Assembly (NCBI RefSeq): GCF_016790145.1
Contig: NZ_JAEUOI010000026.1
Coordinates: 19,680 to 83,679, forward strand
Direction: 5' to 3'
Source of the DNA: Propionivibrio sp.
Lineage (GTDB): Bacteria; Pseudomonadota; Gammaproteobacteria; Burkholderiales; Rhodocyclaceae
Length of the DNA: 64,000 bases
Shown here: positions 49,817 through 60,395 of the stretch, one piece after another
Position numbering within the stretch: the first letter of the stretch is position 1
Layout: every line of letters begins with the position of its first letter
Position numbers and translations under genes: made by a program
Notes under the pieces: generated by a model
What the model was told of the DNA's origin: nothing
The model's database searches: none
Seen by the model: the letters and a program-made list of their open reading frames with translations, nothing else

Positions 49817-52033
49817 CTAGGAATGGATCGACAGCAGAACATCGAACAACTTGCTGCCGATATCCAGCGTCTTTGCTGATGCCTGATAGGCCTGTTGATA
49901 GCGCAGCAGGTTCGCCGCCTCCTCATCGAGATTGACGCCCGAGAGTGCGTCCCGCGCATCGTTGGATTGTTTCAGCAAAGCGCTCTGCGCCTTACTTTTG
50001 ACCTCGATTTCACGTGACTTGTTGCCGGCATCGCTGACCAACTGGGCATAAGCCGACTGGTAGCTTGCCGACTTTCCCGACATGGTGTTCTGCGTCTGGA
50101 GTTCGCCCAGCGTTAGCGCATTCCGCCCGTCGGACACCCCGCCCGGATTTCTTCCCAGAGTAAAAACATCACCATTATTCAGGTTTCCTGAAATGTCGAA
50201 ACTGACACTCGCCGAAGATATTTTGGCACCTGAGGTATAGGGGATGGTCGGCCCAGGATAAACGGTCGAGGTGCTGCCTACGGTTACGGAAATATTGGCG
50301 CCCGCCGGTAGACCTGCCAGGGTGAGCGTATTGCCGGCACTGCCATAGGTTAACGTAATGCCTGCTGCCGGAATCGCCGGCGTTCCAAAGCCAGGCAGCG
50401 AATCACCTGCCGATATTTTTCCGCTACCGGTATTGGCGCTGGCGGCTGCGGTCCGGACTGGCATTGCTGCCGCGATCAATCGCGCATCTGCAGCCACCGT
50501 GGCGTTGACCGAAATAGTCTTTGCTGCGGCCCGCGTCGGTTGAATGATGAAGGAATCACCGCTGGCTACCGTTCCGACCGCGACAGAAAACGAGAACCCC
50601 TCGCTTCCGGCTAGCGTCGACGACAGGGTCGCCAGCGAGGCGTTGGACCATTGTGTATTGTCAGACAAGCGCGTCATCGTGTAATTGGCGCCGTTGTAGT
50701 CGAGGCGATAATCGGAACTGGTCAGTCTGGTGTAAAAGTTGGCTCCGTTCGCGGCAGCGCTAACTACCTGCGTTGTCGCACCAGCAGCGACTGTTGCGCC
50801 AGTCAAGGCCAAGCCTTCAGTCGCTGGCACCGCCGCCTGCAATGCCGCCAGCGTTGCTCCTGTCCAGGCCGTTCCGTCCGACTGCCGCGTCAGCGTATAG
50901 AGTGTTCCGGCACCGTTCAAGGCCAAAGCATAACTGCCATCGATCGGAGGTGGCGTAACCAGCGAAGCGGAGATTGTGGCCGGTGTAACGATACTATTGC
51001 CCGTACTGGCGATGACCGTTGGCTGCGATACGGTGAAAAAATTGGCCGCAAAATTTGCACTGCCAATGGATTGCCCAAGCAAATCCTGCCCAAGCGCATG
51101 CTGAGCATTGAAAGTCAATGCCAGCGAAGCGGCATTGCGGCCGAGATCGTTGGCGACGCGATCAAGAGAACCGCTTCTAAAACTCAGCAAACCGCCAAGA
51201 CTTCCCCCGGTAATCAGCGATTCGGGCAACTCCTGCGTACCACCAGCGGTTTTCAGACCTACTGCAAAGCGCGACGGATCAGCCAGCGAAGGCAGCGACG
51301 TCATGGTCATCACTTGAGACCCGGTGACCAGTTGCTGCCCATTTCCGATGTAGATATTGTAGGTGCCGTCAGTATTGCTCGTCGTCGTTACCCTGATCAG
51401 CTTGTTCAGCTCAAGCACCAGTTGATCACGTTGATCAAGCAAGTCATTGGGTGGCTGGCTGAGGGAAGACCGCGCAATAACGATACCCTCGTTGAGACTG
51501 GCAATCTGCTTGGAGTACGAATTGATCGAAGCAACCGCCGTCGTGACCTGACTATTAACGTCGCCATACATCTGGTCGATCCGGTCGGCCAGGCCCTGAA
51601 AGCGGGCAACCAGCGCCTGGGCTGAAGAGACCATGGCCTGCCGGGCTGGCAACTGCGACGGGTTGGCTGACACCTGCTGAACACCCCGGAAGAAATCCTG
51701 CAAAGCCGGCGATACTCCGGCATTCGGATCGGCCAGCATATTGTCGATCTGCTTGATCTGGGTATAGTAAACATCAAGCTCGCTGCTGGTGGTTTGTGCA
51801 CGATTCACCTGCGCCGACAGGAAACTGTCATACAGGCGTTCAACGGTCGACACATGCGCGCCATGACCGATATAACCCGACCCGGTCAACGTTGCGATAT
51901 TGCTCGCCTGAATAGTGCGCTGACGGTTAAACCCTGGCGTATTGGCATTGCCAATATTATGCCCGGTCGTCAGCAGGCCAAGCTGAGCCACCTGTAGCCC
52001 GCTAATACCCGTATTGATGATTCCTGTTCCCAT
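49817..52033 (-). CDS. flgK: Hook-filament junction protein FlgK, enlarged (738 aa)
   Basis: GHNIGNANTPGFNRQ, DLLDQRDQL, SGVNLDEEAANL. Confidence 0.96.
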   Translation of the reverse strand: MGTGIINTGISGLQVAQLGLLTTGHNIGNANTPGFNRQRTIQASNIATLTGSGYIGHGAHVSTVERLYDSFLSAQVNRAQTTSSELDVYYTQIKQIDNMLADPNAGVSPALQDFFRGVQQVSANPSQLPARQAMVSSAQALVARFQGLADRIDQMYGDVNSQVTTAVASINSYSKQIASLNEGIVIARSSLSQPPNDLLDQRDQLVLELNKLIRVTTTSNTDGTYNIYIGNGQQLVTGSQVMTMTSLPSLADPSRFAVGLKTAGGTQELPESLITGGSLGGLLSFRSGSLDRVANDLGRNAASLALTFNAQHALGQDLLGQSIGSANFAANFFTVSQPTVIASTGNSIVTPATISASLVTPPPIDGSYALALNGAGTLYTLTRQSDGTAWTGATLAALQAAVPATEGLALTGATVAAGATTQVVSAAANGANFYTRLTSSDYRLDYNGANYTMTRLSDNTQWSNASLATLSSTLAGSEGFSFSVAVGTVASGDSFIIQPTRAAAKTISVNATVAADARLIAAAMPVRTAAASANTGSGKISAGDSLPGFGTPAIPAAGITLTYGSAGNTLTLAGLPAGANISVTVGSTSTVYPGPTIPYTSGAKISSASVSFDISGNLNNGDVFTLGRNPGGVSDGRNALTLGELQTQNTMSGKSASYQSAYAQLVSDAGNKSREIEVKSKAQSALLKQSNDARDALSGVNLDEEAANLLRYQQAYQASAKTLDIGSKLFDVLLSIHS

Positions 52034-52057
52034 GCAGAGGACTCCTGTTTCATGACA

Positions 52058-52084
52058 CTAACGGCAATTCTGCCAAATAATTAA
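52058..52084 (-). promoter_or_regulatory. Candidate sigma28 promoter of flgKL
   Basis: TTAA-N15-GCCGTTAG directly upstream of flgK. Confidence 0.55.
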
Positions 52085-52094
52085 GTTTTACTCG

Positions 52095-53033
52095 CTAACT
52101 GACCAGAGCCAGCCGTAGCGTGGTGCCGTTGATGATCCGGCTGAGCTTGTCGGCATACATGGGGTCGGTGGCATATCCCGACTGTTGCAAAGAACGTGCA
52201 AACTGTGTGCCATCTTTCTGACCCAGAACAGCGGAAAATCGTGGGTTATTTTTCAGCAGACTGGCGTAATCTCGGAATGCCTCGGCGTAGGAGCCATAAA
52301 CACGGAATTTTTCACGGGAGGACTGGGCGACACCATCGACATATTCGGTGGTTTGCACCTCAACCGAAGGACCTTGCCAACTGCGACCGGCCTTTACGCC
52401 GAAAAGGTTGTAAGAGGGTGAGCCATTGGCCGTTTTGATCTCGCTTTTTCCCCAACCGCTTTCAAGTGCCGAATGAGCGACCAGGAACTGAGGCGGCACG
52501 CCGATACCGTTAGCCGCTTCAACGGCGTGTGGCCAGACACGATTGACAAAGTCACTGGCGCCACCCGAAGCACCCGCCGACTCTGCAGATTCGCTACCTG
52601 CTGCCGGTGCGCTACGGATTCGCTCTGCACCCGCACCCGAGTAGGGTGCCGTTTGTCGGGCCAGCAAGGCCTGTTGCATGACCTCCAGCGAAGAAACCGC
52701 GGCATCCGACTTGCCGGAGACGTTGGCCTGATTGCGCCCGAGCTGTTGCTCAATGAGCTTGGCAAAACCCAGCGAACCCCTGGCCGAAAGATTCTGAGCC
52801 AGTTGCTGATCCATGATGCTCGTAAAGAATCGGGTCTGATCGCTGTCCAGCAGACCATCCTGCGGCGTTGCATCGCGCATGCTCTTTAGCATCATCTGCA
52901 ACAACATGCCTTCAAACTGCTGCGCCACCTGTTTCGCACCGCCTTGCGGATCTTTCTTGAGATTGACGCGCAGATCCGCTGTCGTCTTGGGATCAAGGAC
53001 AAAATGGTTGGCGTCGAGGTTTTCAGCTTTCAT
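52095..53033 (-). CDS. flgJ: FlgJ rod cap / peptidoglycan hydrolase
   Basis: QQFEGMLLQMMLKSMR, DQQLAQ, SALESGWG, YNLFGVKA, GYATDP. Confidence 0.95.
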   Translation of the reverse strand: MKAENLDANHFVLDPKTTADLRVNLKKDPQGGAKQVAQQFEGMLLQMMLKSMRDATPQDGLLDSDQTRFFTSIMDQQLAQNLSARGSLGFAKLIEQQLGRNQANVSGKSDAAVSSLEVMQQALLARQTAPYSGAGAERIRSAPAAGSESAESAGASGGASDFVNRVWPHAVEAANGIGVPPQFLVAHSALESGWGKSEIKTANGSPSYNLFGVKAGRSWQGPSVEVQTTEYVDGVAQSSREKFRVYGSYAEAFRDYASLLKNNPRFSAVLGQKDGTQFARSLQQSGYATDPMYADKLSRIINGTTLRLALVS

Positions 53034-53235
53034 GAGCTGACTCAAAGCAATTTCCGCACCTGGAAAGATTGGTAAGCGAGCTTATCGCTCAGAGCAGCAG
53101 GAACCCTGCATGAATAACTTATGCTGGGCGTCAACGGGTTATCTTTCCGTGCCATGCTTCGAAAGCAGATTAACATCAGCCTGCACAGCTTGAAGACTGA
53201 AAATGTCCGTATTGATTGCCGCCCGGCCAACTGAC

Positions 53236-54363
53236 TCAGATTACTTCGAGTTCCGCCCGCAAGGCACCTGCCGATTTCATTGCCTGCAGGATTGATATCA
53301 GGTCTTGTGGATTCGCGCCAAGCGCATTGATCGCCTTGACCACGTCGGAAAGATTGACGCCTGCCTTTAATTGCATCAGCGCCCCGCCCCCGGCCTTGAT
53401 TTCAATCTCGGACTGTGAGGTCGTCACCGTCTGACCACCTGCGAACGCGTTCGGCTGGCTCACCTGCTGCTCGGTATTGACCACCACTGAAAGCGCCCCA
53501 TGCGCGACGGCACAGGATTCAATGGTAACCGTCTGGTTCATCACCACCGATCCGTTGCGCGGATTGACGACCACCCTGGCCGCCGATCGCATCGGACGCA
53601 CATCAAGATTCTCGATGCGCCCCATGAAGGCCACCCGCGCATTGCTATCCAAAGGGGCATTGACCTGAATCAGTCGTCCGTCAATCGCTTGTGCCATCCC
53701 GGCCCCCATCTCGCGGTTGATCGCCTCGACGACACGCTGCGTCGTACCAAAATCTACGTTGCTCATTTCGTAATGGACAAACGCCCCCTGCCCCAGTGCC
53801 GTTGGCACTTCTCGCTCGACCGTGGCTCCGGCAATAATTCGCCCGGCCAACAGATGGTTGATCACTGCCCGGCTCCCGGAAGCCGCTGCTCCGGCACCCC
53901 CGACCAGCAGGTTGCCCTGTGCCTGGGCGTAAATATGTCCGTCGGCACCCTTTAGCGGCGTCATCACCAGGGTACCGCCGCGCAAACTCCTGGCGTTGCC
54001 CATCGACGATACGGTGACGTCGATCTGCTGACCGATTCTGGCGAAAGGCGGCAAGTTGGCAGTGACCATGACCGCAGCCACATTATTGAGTTGCAGGTTT
54101 ATCGTCGTCGGCAAGGTGGTACCCAACTGTGCCAGCATGTTGACGATGCTTTGAACGGTAAATGGCGTCTGCGTCGTCTGATCGCCTGAGCGATCAAGAC
54201 CGACAACCAGTCCGTAGCCGACCAACTGGTTGTTGCGAATGCCTTGAACCGAGGCCAGATCCTTGATTCGTTCCGCCCACGCCGCGCCACTGAAAACCGG
54301 CAAGAGACAACAGGCAAGAATTGCCACGAGACGCAGAAACTTGCCGGTTCGGATGGTATTCAC
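53236..54363 (-). CDS. flgI: P-ring protein FlgI
   Basis: RIKDLASVQGIRNNQLVGYGLVVGL, SLRGGTL, GALRAELEVI. Confidence 0.97.
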   Translation of the reverse strand: MNTIRTGKFLRLVAILACCLLPVFSGAAWAERIKDLASVQGIRNNQLVGYGLVVGLDRSGDQTTQTPFTVQSIVNMLAQLGTTLPTTINLQLNNVAAVMVTANLPPFARIGQQIDVTVSSMGNARSLRGGTLVMTPLKGADGHIYAQAQGNLLVGGAGAAASGSRAVINHLLAGRIIAGATVEREVPTALGQGAFVHYEMSNVDFGTTQRVVEAINREMGAGMAQAIDGRLIQVNAPLDSNARVAFMGRIENLDVRPMRSAARVVVNPRNGSVVMNQTVTIESCAVAHGALSVVVNTEQQVSQPNAFAGGQTVTTSQSEIEIKAGGGALMQLKAGVNLSDVVKAINALGANPQDLISILQAMKSAGALRAELEVI

Positions 54364-54373
54364 GACAGACTCC

Positions 54374-55036
54374 TTAGAAGGGCAGGAAGGTCAGGAAGAA
54401 TCGTGCCAGCCAGCCCATGACTTGCGCTTCGCTGATCACGCCGCTCTCCTTGTATTCGATCCGGGCATCGGCCACATTCCCCGAACTGACCGTATTCGCC
54501 GCATTGATGAAATACGGATTCACGACACCCGAGAGCCGGATGTATTCGGTTCCGGCGCCGATCGACACCTGTTTTTCGCCGGATACAAGCAGGTTGCCGT
54601 TAGGCAACACTTCAATCACGGTAACCGTAATCGTTCCGGTAAAGACATTGTTGGCGGCGGCGTCGCCTTTTCCAGCCAAAGTGTTTGAGCCCGTGGCCTC
54701 CAGACCAATTCCCTGCAAGGATTTACCCGGCAAGCCGGCAACTAATGGCACAGCAGCGTTGATACTGGTGGAACGACTGGCATTGGTACCCGACTTGGTC
54801 GCCGCCGAGGTGGTTTCGGCAATGGAGATGGTCATCGTATCGCCGACGTAACGCGCGCGACGATCTTCAAACAGCGTTCGCGAAGCACCGGCCTGGTAAA
54901 TGGTGCCAGAGGCCGGAAGTTTATCAGTGGCTGGCGCCGGGCGTGCGGTCATGGGCTGATGCACGTTGGTCGGCGGCACGGTTGTGCAGGCACTGATAGC
55001 CAATCCGGCAAGCATCAGGAACAGCCAGTTTTTCAT
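54374..55036 (-). CDS. flgH: L-ring lipoprotein FlgH
   Basis: ISAC lipobox, LFEDRRAR.VGD, LPNGNL..SGEKQ, VADARIEY. Confidence 0.96.
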   Translation of the reverse strand: MKNWLFLMLAGLAISACTTVPPTNVHQPMTARPAPATDKLPASGTIYQAGASRTLFEDRRARYVGDTMTISIAETTSAATKSGTNASRSTSINAAVPLVAGLPGKSLQGIGLEATGSNTLAGKGDAAANNVFTGTITVTVIEVLPNGNLLVSGEKQVSIGAGTEYIRLSGVVNPYFINAANTVSSGNVADARIEYKESGVISEAQVMGWLARFFLTFLPF

Positions 55037-55046
55037 CGTCGTCCCA

Positions 55047-55829
55047 TTACAATTGACCGAGGCGTGCAAGCATTTCATCTGCCGTTCTAACCACCTTGGT
55101 ATTCATCTCATAAGCGCGCTGGGTCTGGATCATGCTCACCAGTTCCTCAGCGACATTGACGTTTGACGTCTCTACATAATTCTGCGTCAAATACCCCGCA
55201 CCATTGGAACCCGGCGTGTTCGGCGTCGCCGTTCCGCTCGACGCGGTTTCCAGATAGAGGTTTTCCCCGGTTCTCTCCAGGCCGCCCTGATTGATGAAGG
55301 TGGCAACTTGAATAGTTCCTATTTGCGTGGTGGCCGTCGTCCCCGACTGCGTGACAGAGACAACACCATCATTGGCGATGGTGACGGTCAGGGCGTTGTT
55401 CGGTATGGTGATGCTTGGCTGAATCGGGTATCCGCTGGAAGTCACCATCTGGCCCTGATTATCCTTTTGAAACGAACCATCCCGAGTATAGGCGGTCGTT
55501 CCGTCGGGCAACAAAATCTGGAAAAAGCCCTGCCCGTTAATCGCCACATCAAGGGGGTTTGCAGTTGCCTGCAGGGAACCCTCCCTGAAATTGGTTACTG
55601 TCGCTATCGGGGTTGCCCCGGTACCGATTTGCAGTCCGGAGGGGATCTGGGTTGAAATCGACGACTGGGCTCCAGGCTGGCGCAAGGTTTGATAGAGCAA
55701 ATCCTGGAAAACCGGTCGCTGACTCTTGAAACCGTTGGTACTGGTGTTGGCCAGATTATTGGCAATCACTTCCAGGCTTAATTGCTGGGCATCAATGCCG
55801 GTACGTGCAGTCCATAGGGAACGGATCAT
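55047..55829 (-). CDS. flgG: Distal rod protein FlgG
   Basis: [39 protein letters not shown]. Confidence 0.97.
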   Translation of the reverse strand: MIRSLWTARTGIDAQQLSLEVIANNLANTSTNGFKSQRPVFQDLLYQTLRQPGAQSSISTQIPSGLQIGTGATPIATVTNFREGSLQATANPLDVAINGQGFFQILLPDGTTAYTRDGSFQKDNQGQMVTSSGYPIQPSITIPNNALTVTIANDGVVSVTQSGTTATTQIGTIQVATFINQGGLERTGENLYLETASSGTATPNTPGSNGAGYLTQNYVETSNVNVAEELVSMIQTQRAYEMNTKVVRTADEMLARLGQL

Positions 55830-55843
55830 GTGTTCTAGTCCTG

Positions 55844-56587
55844 TCAGGCATTCATCGAAAGAATCTGGCTGGCCTTGTTGGCATTGGTATCGGCTGTTTG
55901 CAGCATTTTTATCTGCATTTCGAACTGGCGTGAGAGACTGATCAAACTCACCAAGGCATCAACCGGGTTAACGTTGCTGCCTTCGAGCGTTTCGGGGGCA
56001 ACTTTTACGTTTTCATCAAGGTCTACTGACGCTCCGGACCGAGTACGAAAAAGCCCGTCGTCACCGCGAACCAGCTCGTTTTCGGGCGGGTTAACCAGCT
56101 TGATGCGCCCGACAACAGAGACGTTATTCGGTAAGCCAAAGAGTGGAACGGTAGAAATCGTGCCGTCGGTAGCGATCGTGATGCTGTTGTCCGGAGGAAT
56201 GGCAATCGGCCCACCCTCACCCTGCACGTTCAAGCCAGCGGCGGTCTGCAGTTGTCCGTTGGTGTTGACCTGCAGGTTTCCTGCACGAGTGTAGGCCTCG
56301 CGCCCATCGGGCGCTTCCAGCGCAATCCAGCCGGAACCCTGAACCGCCACATCGAGCGGACGACCGGTGGCCATCAGCGGCCCCTGATCGAATACATTGG
56401 CTACCGAAGCATCGACCACGAAAGCGCGCGTCGGCGCACCTTCACCCTGGATAGGCACCGCACGGAACTTGTGCTCCATGGCGCGGAAACCGACCGTCGA
56501 GGCATTGGCCAGGTTATTCGCAACGCCAGCCTGCTGCACGAAAGCCTGCTTGGCGCCCGTCATTGCGGTGTAGATCAGGCGATCCAT
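55844..56587 (-). CDS. flgF: Proximal rod protein FlgF
   Basis: [21 protein letters not shown]. Confidence 0.96.
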   Translation of the reverse strand: MDRLIYTAMTGAKQAFVQQAGVANNLANASTVGFRAMEHKFRAVPIQGEGAPTRAFVVDASVANVFDQGPLMATGRPLDVAVQGSGWIALEAPDGREAYTRAGNLQVNTNGQLQTAAGLNVQGEGGPIAIPPDNSITIATDGTISTVPLFGLPNNVSVVGRIKLVNPPENELVRGDDGLFRTRSGASVDLDENVKVAPETLEGSNVNPVDALVSLISLSRQFEMQIKMLQTADTNANKASQILSMNA

Positions 56588-56628
56588 GCTGTCCTATCCA
56601 TTTCCAGTTTCAGAGTAATTCAGTAGGA

Positions 56629-57864
56629 TTAGCGCAGATTGACCAACGATTGCAGAATCTGATCCTGTGTCTTGATGCTTTGCGCATTGGCCTGGTAGTT
56701 TCGCTGCTGGGTAATCAAATTGACCAGTTCCGCCGTCAAATCGGTGTTCGACTCCTCAATCGACGCCGATTGCAGGACACCGCGACTACCCGTTCCCGGA
56801 GCACTGACCAGTTCCGGACCGGAAACCGATGAAAGTGCCCACTGATTATTGCCCAGAGAATTCAAGCCATTGGGATTGGCGAAAGTGGCCAGAACAATTT
56901 GCCCGAGATTGCGTGTCTGACCATTGCTGTAGCTACCCTGTACGATACCGTCCGCTCCCGCACTCAAGCCGGTCAAACTGCCTGAGCTGTAGCCGCCCTG
57001 GGTCAATCGATCAACGCTCGATACACTGCCGAATTGCGTGCTGCCGGAAAAATCAATTCTGCCTGGGGACCACGGGGTAGTCGCTCCCGTCGTCAGCGCC
57101 CACGAGGGGAGCACCAGCGGCATCGCCGTCGTCAAGACGCCTGAGGTATTGAAAGCTAGTTGCGCGGGAAAGGCTTGCGGCGTTGCCCCATCCAGTGTGC
57201 CATAGACATTCCACGGGCCGCCAGCAGACGCCCGCTGAAAATACATGGTCAAGTTGTGGTCGACACCCAGGGTGTCGAACACCGACAGGGATGTCGAATA
57301 ATTATAGGTCTGCGGATTGTTGAAATTGAAGGGCGTAACCGCTGGAACTCCATTTTGTGAATTCAGATTGAGCGCAGCGGTGATAGTGCCAGCCAAAGGA
57401 TCATTGCTTGCACGTGGCGGGATCTGGCTGGCTGAAATCTGTATATCGACCGGGCTGGATGCAGATATTACCCCATTGGCATCAGCCGGATAGCCCGTCA
57501 AGCGCAAGGCGGTATCATTAACGATGTACCCCGCGTTATCCAGATGGAATTGACCCGCGCGGGAATAGGTAATATCTCCGTTACGATCCATGCGAAAGAA
57601 GCCGCCCCCGTTGATTGAAATATCAAGCGGATTGTTGGTCGCCGTAATGTTGCCCTGAGTAAAATTCTGCTGGATGCCGCTGATCGTGCTCCCGATGCCG
57701 ATCTGCGCGGCGCCGCTACCCGACAATGAGTTGGCAAAGACATCGGCAAAATGGGCCGTCGCTGACTTGAACCCCACCGAATTGGCGTTGGCAATATTGT
57801 TACTGATCACATCGAGTGCTGCTGCAGAGGAGTTCAGCCCGCTCAAACCCTGTTGGAATGACAT
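56629..57864 (-). CDS. flgE: Hook protein FlgE
   Basis: MSFQQGLSGLN, ISNNIANANSVGFK, QRNYQANAQSI. Confidence 0.97.
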   Translation of the reverse strand: MSFQQGLSGLNSSAAALDVISNNIANANSVGFKSATAHFADVFANSLSGSGAAQIGIGSTISGIQQNFTQGNITATNNPLDISINGGGFFRMDRNGDITYSRAGQFHLDNAGYIVNDTALRLTGYPADANGVISASSPVDIQISASQIPPRASNDPLAGTITAALNLNSQNGVPAVTPFNFNNPQTYNYSTSLSVFDTLGVDHNLTMYFQRASAGGPWNVYGTLDGATPQAFPAQLAFNTSGVLTTAMPLVLPSWALTTGATTPWSPGRIDFSGSTQFGSVSSVDRLTQGGYSSGSLTGLSAGADGIVQGSYSNGQTRNLGQIVLATFANPNGLNSLGNNQWALSSVSGPELVSAPGTGSRGVLQSASIEESNTDLTAELVNLITQQRNYQANAQSIKTQDQILQSLVNLR

Positions 57865-57879
57865 ATCGTTCTCCTGACC

Positions 57880-58563
57880 TTAAAGAATCTGTTGCACGTT
57901 CTTGAAATCAATCGTCCCGAGCGCCCCGAGATCGAGCAGGAACCCGCTCTTTGACCGAACTAAAGCAGAAACTGTGCCGATTTGCAGTGGGTCGGCAGTC
58001 ACTTTATTGCCACCTTGTCTTGCATCAACCGAAAACCTGTAAATGCCGTCCGGCGCCTTGCTGCCCGCGTCGTTTATCCCGTCCCAGACAAAATCGAAAA
58101 CACCGGCGTCACGGGCGCCGAGATCCTGAGTCTGAATGACCTGCCCGGCGGCATCGAGAATACTCAGCTTCACCTGGTCGGCCGCAGCAGAGAGGTTGAT
58201 GCCGCCATAGGCCTGGCCGCTGGCCAGAGGAAGCCGCGAACCGGCAACCAGAACGCGCTTGCCAATCATTTCCGCCGCTTGCATGGATTGGCTGTTGGCA
58301 AAACTGTCGACCAGCGAATTCAGCGTGGTATTGAGTTTTTCGATACCGGAAACGGTACTCATCTGTGCCAGTTGGCTGGTCATCTGGGCGTTGTCCATGG
58401 GATTCAGGGGATCCTGATTCTTCAACTGGGTGACCAGCAGTTTCAGAAATCGATCCTGCGGATCCTCGGCAGTCGGAGCCGACGCCTTCGAACTGCTTTT
58501 CGTTGCCGCGTTAATCGCCGCGAATGGGTCACTGGAAGAAGTCGTTGCTTGCACGGTTGACAT
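57880..58563 (-). CDS. flgD: Hook cap FlgD
   Basis: FLKLLVTQLKNQDPLNPMDN; AAGGAG RBS before ATG 58563. Confidence 0.96.
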   Translation of the reverse strand: MSTVQATTSSSDPFAAINAATKSSSKASAPTAEDPQDRFLKLLVTQLKNQDPLNPMDNAQMTSQLAQMSTVSGIEKLNTTLNSLVDSFANSQSMQAAEMIGKRVLVAGSRLPLASGQAYGGINLSAAADQVKLSILDAAGQVIQTQDLGARDAGVFDFVWDGINDAGSKAPDGIYRFSVDARQGGNKVTADPLQIGTVSALVRSKSGFLLDLGALGTIDFKNVQQIL

Positions 58564-58582
58564 GGGGTTCTCCTTGTTCAGC

Positions 58583-58987
58583 CTACTGGCCAAGCGTCAG
58601 TGTTTTAATCAGCAGTTGCTTGGCGGTATTCATGACTTCGGCATTGGTCTGATACGAGCGCGATGCTGAAATCATGTTGACCATTTCATCGACTACACTC
58701 ACATTGGGCATCATCACGTAGCCCTTCTCATCGGCGGCAGGATTGCGCGGGTCGAAGACCAGGCGTCCGGGGCTGGCGTCCTCGACAACCTGTTTGACGC
58801 GTACCCCCTGAGCGACCTGACCATTCACCGGAGTGGCTTCAAAAACTACCTGCTTGGCACGATAAGGCTTGCCGTCCGGGCCGGCGATGCTGTCTGCGTT
58901 GGCTAGGTTACTGGCCACCGCGTTGAGTCGCATGGCCTGTGCCGTCAGGGCGCTGCCGGCAATATGGAAGACGTTGAATACACTCAT
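58583..58987 (-). CDS. flgC: Rod protein FlgC
   Basis: [24 protein letters not shown]. Confidence 0.97.
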   Translation of the reverse strand: MSVFNVFHIAGSALTAQAMRLNAVASNLANADSIAGPDGKPYRAKQVVFEATPVNGQVAQGVRVKQVVEDASPGRLVFDPRNPAADEKGYVMMPNVSVVDEMVNMISASRSYQTNAEVMNTAKQLLIKTLTLGQ

Positions 58988-58989
58988 GA

Positions 58990-59394
58990 TTATTGCCCCT
59001 GGACGGCTGCCATCAGCGTTTTGATCTGACTCGAAATGAATGTCAGACCGGCCTCGTACTGAACCGCGTTTTCGGAGAACTGAGCGCGCTCTACATCCAT
59101 CTCGACGGTATTGCCATCCGCACTGGCCTGCACCGGAGTACGGTACATCAGACGCGTCGGGCTGGCGTCTGTGCTGCCCGGCAAATGGCGTGAAGCAGTT
59201 TTGGCCAGCGGCAGGTTGCCCCCCCCCAGGCCGGCAAGCGTCGCTTTGAATACGGCTGAAAAATCAAAGTCTCGCGCCTTGTAATTGGGCGTATCGGAAT
59301 TGGCGATATTCCCTGCCAGAATCTGCTGCCGAGAGGCGCGTAAGCCAAGGGCCTGTTGCTGCAATGAAAGCGCATTATCGATTTTGCTGACCAC
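58990..59394 (-). CDS. flgB: Rod protein FlgB
   Basis: [24 protein letters not shown]; GGAG RBS before GTG 59394. Confidence 0.96.
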   Translation of the reverse strand: MVSKIDNALSLQQQALGLRASRQQILAGNIANSDTPNYKARDFDFSAVFKATLAGLGGGNLPLAKTASRHLPGSTDASPTRLMYRTPVQASADGNTVEMDVERAQFSENAVQYEAGLTFISSQIKTLMAAVQGQ

Positions 59395-59430
59395 GAAAAC
59401 TCCATGTTTATTGTTGCCACCCACATCGTG

Positions 59431-59446
59431 AGCAATTTTCGCGCCA
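59431..59446 (-). promoter_or_regulatory. sigma54 promoter of the flgB operon
   Basis: TGGCGCGAAAATTGCT, GG-N10-GC. Confidence 0.85.
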
Positions 59447-59597
59447 TGAATCACAATGCTCTAAAACAGCCACTATCAGGCCAGCATGGCCATCATCAGC
59501 CGGATAATCGGCAAATATTGCCGGGTCGCCGGGCATCAGGATGGCTGGCCAGATCGGATTGCTTCGCTATCGCGCCGTGATCAGGCAAAATAGCGCC

Positions 59598-60299
59598 ATG
59601 AACTTTCTTCCCTTCAGTCGACTTCTGGGCAAGATCCTAGGCTTTTTCTGGCTCTTACTGCTGATCCCGCTGCTGGCGCACGCCCAGACCACGCTTTACA
59701 GCACCCTGGATGACTATCTGCGCATTCAGACGCAGGGTTTGCCCGGCAAGGTCACTTACAGCATTGGCCAGCTTGATGCGCGCACCCAGTTGTCGGAGTG
59801 CTCGGCCTTCGAGCCGTTTCTCCCGGCAGGAAGCAAGCTGTGGGGCAATTCAACCGTTGGTGTTCGCTGTCTTGGCCCTTCGAACTGGACAATCTATGTT
59901 CCGGTCAAGGTGAACGTCAGCGGCAACTACCTGATTTCCGCACGTACGATGCCTGCCGGTTATGTGATCAGTGCTGCCGATATCGTTGTTCGCAGTGGCG
60001 ATCTAAGCACGCTGCCGGCAAACATCATTACCGATCAGGCACAGGCCATCGGTAAAACCGTTAAAAACGGGTTTGCCGCCGGCCAGCCACTGCGCAGCGA
60101 CCTGCTGATTGCCCCATGGGCTGTGCAGCAGGGTCAGAATGTAAAAACGGTGTCGAATGGCCCTGGATTCAGCGTCAGCAGTGAGGGCAAGGCGCTCAAC
60201 AATGCGCTCGCCGGCCAGCTTGTTCAGGTACGCACGTCTTCCGGCCAGACCGTCAGCGGAATCGCCCGCGCTGGCGGCATCGTGGAAGTATCCAATTAA
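59598..60299 (+). CDS. flgA: P-ring formation chaperone FlgA
   Basis: Signal peptide, SAF-like region, EGKALNNALAGQLVQVR; divergent from flgB. Confidence 0.92.
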   Translation: MNFLPFSRLLGKILGFFWLLLLIPLLAHAQTTLYSTLDDYLRIQTQGLPGKVTYSIGQLDARTQLSECSAFEPFLPAGSKLWGNSTVGVRCLGPSNWTIYVPVKVNVSGNYLISARTMPAGYVISAADIVVRSGDLSTLPANIITDQAQAIGKTVKNGFAAGQPLRSDLLIAPWAVQQGQNVKTVSNGPGFSVSSEGKALNNALAGQLVQVRTSSGQTVSGIARAGGIVEVSN

Positions 60300-60334
60300 G
60301 TTGCAGCAGACCGATCCAGCGCGAAAAATAGTGC

Positions 60335-60361
60335 TAAAGTTCCACCGTTTGAAGCCGATAA
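60335..60361 (+). promoter_or_regulatory. sigma28 promoter of flgMN
   Basis: TAAAGTTC-N11-GCCGATAA, essentially consensus. Confidence 0.9.
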
Positions 60362-60395
60362 AACGTCTAAGCAAGAAACCATTTGAGGCATTGTC

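Noticed and set aside
53135-53155. TGGCACG upstream of flgJ (minus strand) as a sigma54 promoter
   Set aside because: The -24 element is good but the -12 position reads GATA, not TTGC
59509-59523. CGGCAA-ATA-TTGCCG palindrome between flgB and flgA as an activator site
   Set aside because: Single short palindrome with no second copy recognised at other flagellar promoters
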